Program-made: the position numbers and the translations under genes | Notes under the pieces: model-generated | The model's database searches: none | Told to the model about the DNA's origin: nothing | Seen by the model: only the letters and a program-made list of their open reading frames with translations | Assembly (NCBI GenBank): GCA_041742355.1 | Contig: JBGSIV010000202.1 | Span: 1-18,217, forward strand | Length of the DNA stretch: 18,217 nt | DNA from: Candidatus Zixiibacteriota bacterium | GTDB taxonomy: Bacteria; Zixibacteria; MSB-5A5; GN15; FEB-12 | Reading direction: 5' to 3' | In this document: positions 7,906 through 15,113 of the stretch, one piece after another | Layout: the number at the start of each line of letters is the position of its first letter | Numbering within the stretch: the stretch's first letter is position 1

Positions 7906-8850
7906 ATGACAGGAGTCTCCAGACACATGGCACGTTTCTCGGCGCCGTTGATCCTCGCGGTGCTCGTTCTGCTGGCGGGAGTACCGTCGGGGACGAGTCA
8001 GCCGGCCGAGGTCGACGACGAGACGTGCCTGACGTGTCACGAGGGATACAATGATCACCTGGCCAGCACGGCGCATCGCCTGAGTTCGGCGACAAAGAAC
8101 CCCTCAGTGCAGATCGCGTGTGTGAGTTGCCATCCGGGCGGCGCGGTACACATCGAAGACCCGTCGACGGAGAATATCTTCGACCCCGGCACGGCGACGG
8201 TCGAAGGACAGCTTGAGGTCTGCAGCCAGTGCCATCAGCCCCACACGGAACTGCGCCAGGTCGGTTTTGATCCGCATGTCGATCAAAACGTAGCCTGTGC
8301 CGACTGCCACAGCGTTCACAGCGGCACCACCGCCCTCCTCATCGATGATCAGGCCGCTTTCTGCGGCAAGTGCCACGTGGCCATCGTCAATGACTTCCGC
8401 CTTCGGTCCGCCCATCCGCTGACCGACGGTGCGGTGACCTGTGTCAGCTGCCACAACTTCTCCCGCGAAACCGAAGCGCGCTTCGGGCACGGTGAAGGGG
8501 CCAACTGCTTCCGGTGCCATCCGGAACAGAGCGGGCCGCATATGTTCGAGCACGAGGCGACCAGCTCGTTCACGACCGAAGGTAAGGGCTGTGTTTCCTG
8601 CCACAGTCCCCACGGGAGTCGAAACGAGCGGCTGCTCATCCAGACCGGCAACAGCCTCTGCCGTCAGTGCCACGGCCTACCGCCCGGACATCGGACCGCC
8701 CACGACGGTATCGGCGCGCAATTCGAGTGCATGGACTGCCACACGCAGGTCCACGGCTCGTTCGATAATCAGTTCCTGCTCGACCCGAACCTCGGCGCGG
8801 AACTTGGCGACGGTCCCGGCTCGTGCTGGTGCCATGGCGTGGATAACTAG
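7906..8850 (+). CDS. Periplasmic decaheme c-type cytochrome, MtrA/DmsE/PioA family
   Basis: Signal peptide and ten CxxCH motifs (CLTCH, CVSCH, CSQCH, CADCH, CGKCH, CVSCH, CFRCH, CVSCH, CRQCH, CMDCH). Family motifs SAHP, GPHMFEH, CHSPHGS and CHTQVHGS. Extra terminal CWCH. Start at ATG 7906 (GAGGTG) or 7927 (AGGAG). Confidence 0.92.
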   Translation: MTGVSRHMARFSAPLILAVLVLLAGVPSGTSQPAEVDDETCLTCHEGYNDHLASTAHRLSSATKNPSVQIACVSCHPGGAVHIEDPSTENIFDPGTATVEGQLEVCSQCHQPHTELRQVGFDPHVDQNVACADCHSVHSGTTALLIDDQAAFCGKCHVAIVNDFRLRSAHPLTDGAVTCVSCHNFSRETEARFGHGEGANCFRCHPEQSGPHMFEHEATSSFTTEGKGCVSCHSPHGSRNERLLIQTGNSLCRQCHGLPPGHRTAHDGIGAQFECMDCHTQVHGSFDNQFLLDPNLGAELGDGPGSCWCHGVDN

Positions 8851-8861
8851 GGAGAACGGAC

Positions 8862-10451
8862 ATGAAGCTGAAAACACAGATACTACTCCTGCTTGCCTGT
8901 GCCGGGCTCCTTCTGCCGGCGGCGCTCGCTGCCGCCGAATTCGCCGGAACCGCCCGGGTCGGGTACATTTATGTTGATGAAGAAGGCAATGAGGGCGTCT
9001 TCCAGCCGACGTACAACCTGTACGATGGCGTGGCCCTCTCCCTCGACGACTTCTACTACACGTTCGACAACGGCGTGCGGCTGTTCGGCGATCTGCATAA
9101 CATCACGCTGAACAACCGCAACCTCGCGCTGGGCGTGACCAAGTCGGGCCTCTTCGGCGTCGACATCCGGCACAACCAGTACCGGCGGGTCTTCAACTTC
9201 GAAGGCAGCCAGTTTACGAAACGATACAATACGCGCGGCAACGCCTGGTTCCAGCCCCACCGGCTGGTCAAGCTGTTCGGCGGGCTCGGCGTGACTCAGC
9301 GTCGCGGCGACCTTCTCGAGATCTTCACCGAACCGCCGCTGGGCAACCCGCTGCGCAACCTCGATTACACGAACACGTTCTATAACGGCGGCGTGACCGT
9401 CGGCGACCGCGGCCGCTTCGCGACCCTCGAATACCGAGGCTCGGAATTCAGCGACGATGGCCGTTCTCTGACTGGAGACCAGGAGGGGATCAGCGCCGAC
9501 CGGCAATCACATCGGTTCAGGTTGAGCGGCTTTGCTTCGGTCCCCGGCCTTGATGACCTCGTCGTAAATGCCGGCGCCCAGCGGTTCCAGTATACGGTCC
9601 AGACGCGAGAGGACACGCTGACCGCTAATACGTTCTGGGGTGGCGTCCGCTACTACTTCGGTGACGGCCTGAGTCTCCGCTACAGCGCTATCTGGGATCG
9701 TGCCCGCCGCACCGGCGACCTCGCGGCAACCGACAACATCAGCCATGCCGTGTACGGCGACAAGGTTTTCCGCGGCATCGGCGGCCTCACGGTCGGCTAC
9801 CAGTACCATATCAATGACGATGTCCGCGACGAGTTGGAAGGGCACGGCTACGTAATCTCCGGCCATGTTCGCCCGGTGACCGGTGTGACGCTCCGGGCCG
9901 GCTACGGCGCCGACATGCTTGAGGTTAAGGCCGGTCGCACCCTGACCGGCGACGAGGATCGGACGCGCGCGTGGGGTTCCGCCTCGTGGCGATACGGCCA
10001 CGGCCAGATTCGGGTCAAGGTCGAGGATCGCACACTTGAAAACGACGAGATCGGCACCAGCGTGGATTTCCTTCGCGCCAGCTCCGACCTCTCCGCGACC
10101 TACGAACGAATCGGCGAGTTTTCGGTCGGCTACGCTTACTATAATGGAGACTACGACAACCGGGATGACGCCTCCCGCTTTGAAGAACACGTCGTCTCCG
10201 GCGACTTCCTCTCCGCCGCATACCGGAACATCCAGGCTGGCTTCGGCGGCATGTACATGCGCAGCCGGCTCGATACCGATGTCGAGAGTTTCACCGTCAG
10301 CCTGCGGGGCATCTACTCCTTCATGCCCAGGCATAAGCTTGAGGTCATCTACTCGGCGCACAACTTCGACAACTTCGGCGACCTGTCCCCGCTCTACCGG
10401 GAGTACTACACGGCCAATGTGGTCGAGGTTAATCTCCTGCATGAGTTCTAA
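8862..10451 (+). CDS. Outer-membrane beta-barrel, MtrB/PioB-like porin partner of the decaheme
   Basis: RBS GGGAG; starts 11 nt after the decaheme stop. Signal peptide, alternating amphipathic strands rich in Y/F/G, and a BAM-type C-terminal strand ending in Phe (VVEVNLLHEF); 529 aa. The MtrB role is inferred from context. Confidence 0.85.
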   Translation: MKLKTQILLLLACAGLLLPAALAAAEFAGTARVGYIYVDEEGNEGVFQPTYNLYDGVALSLDDFYYTFDNGVRLFGDLHNITLNNRNLALGVTKSGLFGVDIRHNQYRRVFNFEGSQFTKRYNTRGNAWFQPHRLVKLFGGLGVTQRRGDLLEIFTEPPLGNPLRNLDYTNTFYNGGVTVGDRGRFATLEYRGSEFSDDGRSLTGDQEGISADRQSHRFRLSGFASVPGLDDLVVNAGAQRFQYTVQTREDTLTANTFWGGVRYYFGDGLSLRYSAIWDRARRTGDLAATDNISHAVYGDKVFRGIGGLTVGYQYHINDDVRDELEGHGYVISGHVRPVTGVTLRAGYGADMLEVKAGRTLTGDEDRTRAWGSASWRYGHGQIRVKVEDRTLENDEIGTSVDFLRASSDLSATYERIGEFSVGYAYYNGDYDNRDDASRFEEHVVSGDFLSAAYRNIQAGFGGMYMRSRLDTDVESFTVSLRGIYSFMPRHKLEVIYSAHNFDNFGDLSPLYREYYTANVVEVNLLHEF

Positions 10452-10531
10452 GACCGGTGAATCTGACGATGGCAAGAATAAACGCACATAAGAACACTTG
10501 CGATACGCAACAACTCCCGATGGAGGATGCA

Positions 10532-11626
10532 ATGAGACACATGAGATTTGTGATGATCGCCCTGGCTGCGCTGGCGCTGGTGATTGCCGGCTGCGACCGA
10601 GAGATCACCGGTGACGTGGAACTGGCCGATCAGAGCGCGTCCAACTGCTTTGACTGCCACAGCGACCAGGATTGGGACATTCTGCACGCCCAGACCCAGC
10701 ATGCCGTATCCGTTCACGGTACCGGACATACGTTCGCTGAGAACGAGATCAACGACGCAGCTTCCTGTCAGCGTTGCCACACCCACGAGGGATTTGTGGC
10801 CAATCTGAATCCGGAAATCGAAACCGGCAGCGATTTCACCCGGATCGACTGCTTCACCTGCCACGCGCCTCACTCCAGCGGTAATCTCTCCCTGCGGGTC
10901 GAGAATGCGGTTACCCTGATGAACGGCGTGACGTTTGATCGGCAGGACGCGAACCTCTGCGCTTCGTGCCACATGAGCCGCCGCAACGTGGACACCTACG
11001 TTATCGAAGGCGCAACTATGGGTTCACGTTTCGGTCCGCACCACAGCAACCATGCCGACATGCTCATTGGCACCAACGCCTACGAGTACGAGGGCTACAG
11101 CTACACGACATCGTGGCACGGCCAGAATATCGAGGACGGTTGCATCTCCTGCCACATGGCCGACAAGAGCGTCTGGGCCAATGTCGGCGGGCATACCTGG
11201 AACATGGCCGCCGAGAGTGAAGAGGAAGAAGAAGAGCTCGAAAACATCGGGGCCTGCACCCAGTGCCACGAGTCGTTCGAGTCCTTTAACGCCGACTTCC
11301 CGACCGGCGCAGACTATGACGGCGACGGTGAAGCCGAAGGCGTGCAGGCCGAAGTTGCCAGCCTTCTCGACAGCCTCCACACCGTCCTGTTCACCGCCGG
11401 TCTGGTCGATGAGGAAGGCACACCGCGGTCCGGTACCGCCGGCGTCGATTCATTGGGCGCTGTGTTCAACTTCAAGTTTGTCGAAGAAGAGCGCTCCCTC
11501 GGTATTCACAACACGAACTACGCCGTCGGGCTGCTGCTGTCCTCGATCAACTACATCGTGTACGGCGATCCGAACGGCTCCGAGCCGACCGTTGCCGGCC
11601 GTCCGGCTACGTTTTCGGCGCACTGA
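10532..11626 (+). CDS. Hexaheme c-type cytochrome lipoprotein (NrfA/OcwA/OmhA-like fold)
   Basis: ATG at 10532 after GGAGG; lipobox VIAG-C. Six CxxCH motifs (CFDCH, CQRCH, CFTCH, CASCH, CISCH, CTQCH). C-terminal helices and an ERSLGIHN motif; 364 aa, very acidic. Confidence 0.88.
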   Translation: MRHMRFVMIALAALALVIAGCDREITGDVELADQSASNCFDCHSDQDWDILHAQTQHAVSVHGTGHTFAENEINDAASCQRCHTHEGFVANLNPEIETGSDFTRIDCFTCHAPHSSGNLSLRVENAVTLMNGVTFDRQDANLCASCHMSRRNVDTYVIEGATMGSRFGPHHSNHADMLIGTNAYEYEGYSYTTSWHGQNIEDGCISCHMADKSVWANVGGHTWNMAAESEEEEEELENIGACTQCHESFESFNADFPTGADYDGDGEAEGVQAEVASLLDSLHTVLFTAGLVDEEGTPRSGTAGVDSLGAVFNFKFVEEERSLGIHNTNYAVGLLLSSINYIVYGDPNGSEPTVAGRPATFSAH

Positions 11627-11648
11627 TTCCTGATTTCCAAAAGTGCTC

Positions 11649-11679
11649 AAAAGCCCCTTCTCCGGAAGGGGCTTTTTTT
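11649..11679 (+). terminator. Rho-independent terminator closing the cytochrome operon
   Basis: AAAAGCCCCTTC-TCCG-GAAGGGGCTTTTTTT: perfect 12-bp stem with a T tail, 22 nt after the stop. Confidence 0.9.
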
Positions 11680-11722
11680 GCATCGAATGGTTCTTCCGAC
11701 TCCAAAACAGGATAAAATCCCC

Positions 11723-11751
11723 TTGTAATTTCGGTAAATCTACCTTATTTT
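11723..11751 (+). promoter_or_regulatory. Putative sigma70-type promoter for the 11834-14908 cluster
   Basis: TTGTAA(11723-11728)-N17-TATTTT(11746-11751) in an AT-rich stretch right after the terminator. Confidence 0.4.
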
Positions 11752-11833
11752 CCATGTATTGAATGTGCACCTTTTGCCGCGGCCGGTCACAGCCACCGCG
11801 AAGTCCTCACCGTTGCGACTGAAGGAGCCGGTT

Positions 11834-12274
11834 GTGAGAATGCCTCTCTTGGTCCTGGCCGCGCTGCTGACAACCTGGAGCAGCGCACTCTCGGAAAACA
11901 CCTCCCTCGATATCGACATCGATACCCCGCCGACGGCAAAGGCGTTTGTCGACCTTGACGGCGACGGTATCGACGACAATTTCACCGATACCGACCGTGA
12001 CGGCATCCCCGACAAGTATGTACACGGCTCGGTTTCCGCGTTCGGCGTCGAGATTTCCGCCACCTCGGGGATATTCGCCGCCGGACAATCGGGCAAGTTC
12101 GCGGCCACGTTGACCACAGGCAATCGGGACGTCTTCGGCAGCCGCATGGGCCGTACGCACTGCCTTTCCCTGAACCGGGGTGGATTCGGCTCGGAGAGTG
12201 ATTTCGGGCCGGGCAACGGCATCGGCCTCGGCGCGGTCAAAGGCACCGGCTGCGTGGGAGGGGTTTGCTTTTGA
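11834..12274 (+). CDS. Small secreted protein with tandem DxDxDG Ca-binding-like motifs and a Gly-rich tail ending CVGGVCF
   Basis: GTG at 11834 (or ATG 11840) after GAAGGAG; signal peptide. FVDLDGDGIDDNFTDTDRDGIPD. The stop overlaps the next start (TTGA). 146 aa. Confidence 0.75.
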   Translation: MRMPLLVLAALLTTWSSALSENTSLDIDIDTPPTAKAFVDLDGDGIDDNFTDTDRDGIPDKYVHGSVSAFGVEISATSGIFAAGQSGKFAATLTTGNRDVFGSRMGRTHCLSLNRGGFGSESDFGPGNGIGLGAVKGTGCVGGVCF

Positions 12275-13461
12275 AACGAACAGCATTGGCCATCTGCGCT
12301 CTCGCAGCGATTGCGCTCGCGGCATTCTACGCCGTTCCGGTTCTCGCGGAGGGTAACGTCTCGTGGGAAGCCGGCCTTGGAGGCAATTACACCAACAACC
12401 TCCTTAGTGAAGCCAGCGGGATCGACGATTCCTACAGCAATTCCCGCGCCGCCCTCTACTGGTATCCGTTCTCGACCCTCCGCACGAGTATCTCTGGCGA
12501 TTACACGTACTACGGCAATACCTGGGATCTGAGCAACGCTTCGGGTGCGGTCGGGATCTCCTGGATTCCCACGCCCGCCCAGGCGCGGTTCTCTATGTAT
12601 ACCGAGGGTTCGTACGACACCCGGGCGTACCGTGAGCGCTTCAAGGAGTTCGACAACCGTAACGCGAAAGTGAAAGCTGGCGCAGGATACGAACTCACGC
12701 CATGGATCCGAGTGCGGAGCGGCCTGTCCGGACGAATCACCACCTACCCCAATGCCGACACCACGACCGACAGCGACTACCGGCAGACCGAGCTATTCGC
12801 CGGGATCAACGCCTCCTTCCCGCTGGCCCTGAGCCTCGATATCGAAGGAGGGATGGGCGTCACCGGCTACTCCTACATCAATGCTTCGAAGGATTCGGTT
12901 CTCCCCCAGTTCGCCAATCCGGCCGACTACCTGACCGACGGCGACTTCAATTCGCTCTACATCTCTCCCCGCCTCTCGCGGTCGATCGGTCAGAAGACCG
13001 GCCTGAGCCTGACTTACACCTACCGGGAGTTCCGTGAGGTTGACGCCGCCGTGGTGCCCGGTTACACGACCGACTTCCTCTCCCCCTGGGCCGCCTTCTT
13101 TGAAGGTTCGTCGGTTGCGCTACAGGTCAAAACTTTCGTTGTTCCGCACTTCGTTATCACGGCCGGTGTCGGTTACTGGGACAAGACCTACCTGCGCACG
13201 CTGGAACTGATCACGGAAATGATCGAGCCGTATCCGGGGGCGCCGCTGACAGAGATGACACGCTACGAGGACCCGAAAGACGCCGGGTCACGGCAGGATG
13301 ACCTCTCCCGCGTCTATCTGGCCATCCAGCGACCCATTCGCATCGTCGGCATCTTCTGTGAACCAAGCCTCAGCATTGACTACTCCGACAACGATTCCAG
13401 TAACGAGGATTACGATTACTCCAGCACGGCGGTCGGATTGTCCCTGACTTTCCGACCCTGA
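12271..13461 (+). CDS. Putative outer-membrane beta-barrel protein of unknown function
   Basis: TTG at 12271 after GGGAGGGG, overlapping the upstream stop. Signal peptide ending VLA, amphipathic Tyr/Ser/Gly-rich strands, C-terminal DYSDNDSSNEDYDYSSTAVGLSLTFRP; 396 aa. Confidence 0.8.
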   Translation: MKRTALAICALAAIALAAFYAVPVLAEGNVSWEAGLGGNYTNNLLSEASGIDDSYSNSRAALYWYPFSTLRTSISGDYTYYGNTWDLSNASGAVGISWIPTPAQARFSMYTEGSYDTRAYRERFKEFDNRNAKVKAGAGYELTPWIRVRSGLSGRITTYPNADTTTDSDYRQTELFAGINASFPLALSLDIEGGMGVTGYSYINASKDSVLPQFANPADYLTDGDFNSLYISPRLSRSIGQKTGLSLTYTYREFREVDAAVVPGYTTDFLSPWAAFFEGSSVALQVKTFVVPHFVITAGVGYWDKTYLRTLELITEMIEPYPGAPLTEMTRYEDPKDAGSRQDDLSRVYLAIQRPIRIVGIFCEPSLSIDYSDNDSSNEDYDYSSTAVGLSLTFRP

Positions 13462-13528
13462 TGCTACCGATTCCGAGCCAGAGAGAGTCTTTCACGCGAT
13501 AGACAGGTAATTCCAGAGAGGACGTCCG

Positions 13529-14908
13529 ATGAAACACTGCTGCCGGTTCACCAAAATTCTCGTAGCGAGTCTACTCGTTGCATCGTGTCTGGCGCCGCTC
13601 GCCGCGGCCGAAAACTTCACGCGGGTAGAGTCGCCGGCGGTGCCGCCGATGCCCACTGTGGTTCCCGTGGCCGACGCATCCCTGGCCGCGTTTGGCGGCA
13701 CGCTCCGGCTGTTCGTAGTCGAGCCCAACTCCCGGTGGGTCGATAACAACGGCCAGCCATTTCGCTACGCATACATGGACATGGCGCTTGACTCAGCCGT
13801 GACGATCAACGATGGCCAGCGCATCGTTCTCAGCCGTACGTGGCTGGCCAGCTCGTCGGGGTTCAGTGGTTATCAGCAGAACAATATCAAGGTCATTGCT
13901 GTCCTGTTCGAGGACGACGTACATGCCGGATATTCGGATCCGCCGACCGGGGCTCCCTTCAGCGCCTACTACGTTGCGGCCACCGCGGCGGCCATGCCCG
14001 GCACCTGCGACAGCAACAACACGTCGGCCAACTCGACGCACTCGGCCTTTATCGAAGAGGCGAGCGCCAATTACTGCCCGTACTGCCCGACGACCAACTA
14101 CTACGTCAACTACATCTACAACGGCGGTGTCTACAATTTCCACTACGTGACGCATGTCCGCGACCGGAACTCGGAGTCCTATACGGTGCTCGCCCGCTAC
14201 AATGTCGCCGCTATCCCCTGCTGCTACTTCGATGGCGGTGACGAAGTGGTACTGGGTGGTTACGGCGCAACCTCGTACTACACGACTCCCCTTCTGGCCG
14301 CCTGCCAGCGCGCGGTGGAAGGTGCGAACGTCGCCGTAAAGGTCGAGTGGCTGAACGCGAACGGCGATCTGGCTATCGACGTCATCCTTACCAAGGGGGT
14401 TGCAGTCGATAATGCGCCGTCAGCCGACGTGCCCGCCGGGGAGATCAAACCTCTCATCGGGCAGTCATACGAGTACAGCACCTCGGGGACCGACTCCGAC
14501 GGCGACAACCTCTACTTCAAGTTCAATTGGGGAGACAGCCAGGAGTCGGATTGGCTTGGCCCCTATGCCCCCGGTGAGACGTGCACGGCCAGCCACAGCT
14601 GGGCGAATCTGGGGCCATACAACGTCACGGTCAAGTGCCGCGACAACTGGTATGCCGAGACCGCTTGGTCCGCTCCGCTGGCCGTTCAGGCCGGTTGCTG
14701 CGTGATGCGCGGCGACGTCTCGGGTGACAACAAGGTGATTGTGAGCGACCTGACGTTCCTGGTCAACTTCCTCTTCAAGAGCGGACCGGCCGCCCCGTGC
14801 AGTGACCACGGCGACGTCAACAACGACAACAAGGTTATCGTGTCCGACCTGACCTATCTGGTCAACTTCCTCTTCAAAGCGGGAGCGGCGCCGATAGCCT
14901 GCGACTGA
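13529..14908 (+). CDS. Secreted Omp28/thioredoxin-like (CPYC) protein with PKD-like and C-terminal dockerin domains
   Basis: RBS GAGAGGA; signal peptide. Thioredoxin motif FIEEASANYCPYCP and cis-Pro loop AAIPCCYFDGG. PKD-like TDSDGDNLYFKFNWGD...WLGPY...ASHSW. Duplicated dockerin GDVxxDNKVIVSDLT(F/Y)LVNFLFK. 459 aa. Confidence 0.85.
   Translation: MKHCCRFTKILVASLLVASCLAPLAAAENFTRVESPAVPPMPTVVPVADASLAAFGGTLRLFVVEPNSRWVDNNGQPFRYAYMDMALDSAVTINDGQRIVLSRTWLASSSGFSGYQQNNIKVIAVLFEDDVHAGYSDPPTGAPFSAYYVAATAAAMPGTCDSNNTSANSTHSAFIEEASANYCPYCPTTNYYVNYIYNGGVYNFHYVTHVRDRNSESYTVLARYNVAAIPCCYFDGGDEVVLGGYGATSYYTTPLLAACQRAVEGANVAVKVEWLNANGDLAIDVILTKGVAVDNAPSADVPAGEIKPLIGQSYEYSTSGTDSDGDNLYFKFNWGDSQESDWLGPYAPGETCTASHSWANLGPYNVTVKCRDNWYAETAWSAPLAVQAGCCVMRGDVSGDNKVIVSDLTFLVNFLFKSGPAAPCSDHGDVNNDNKVIVSDLTYLVNFLFKAGAAPIACD
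14711..14884 (+). repeat. Intragenic duplication: two 75-nt dockerin half-repeats with 99-nt period
   Basis: 14711-14785 and 14810-14884 encode 25-aa segments that are 21/25 identical. Confidence 0.9.
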
Positions 14909-14931
14909 TTTGGTTCGATCCACTACGGTAT

Positions 14932-14977
14932 GCCGGGCCTGCTGCCAATCGGATGGCGACAGGCCCGGTTCTTTGTT
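14932..14977 (+). terminator. Probable intrinsic terminator
   Basis: GCCGGGCCTG(14932-14941)...CAGGCCCGGT(14960-14969) stem with an inner GCCA/TGGC pair, followed by TCTTTGTT. Confidence 0.6.
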
Positions 14978-15113
14978 GGGACGGATCTCCATACGGAGCC
15001 TCCGACGTGCGGGTGGGCCGTCGAATTTCATCCTTGATTGTAGAATCTATACCTGTTTATTGGGATTGATCTGTGGAGACCGTGCTTTTCGACCGAAACA
15101 TCCGAGGGATTCG

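Noticed and set aside
7928..7943. TGGCACG, a possible sigma54 -24 element
   Set aside because: No TTGC at the -12 position (reads TCGG), and it lies inside the coding start.
10532..11626. Calling the hexaheme nrfA or mtrC
   Set aside because: No CxxCK and no nrfH neighbour; six hemes and 364 aa do not fit decaheme MtrC.
14711..14884. Direct repeat as a CRISPR array or DGR template/variable repeat pair
   Set aside because: Only two in-frame copies forming a dockerin; differences are not adenine-specific, and no cas or reverse transcriptase gene is present.
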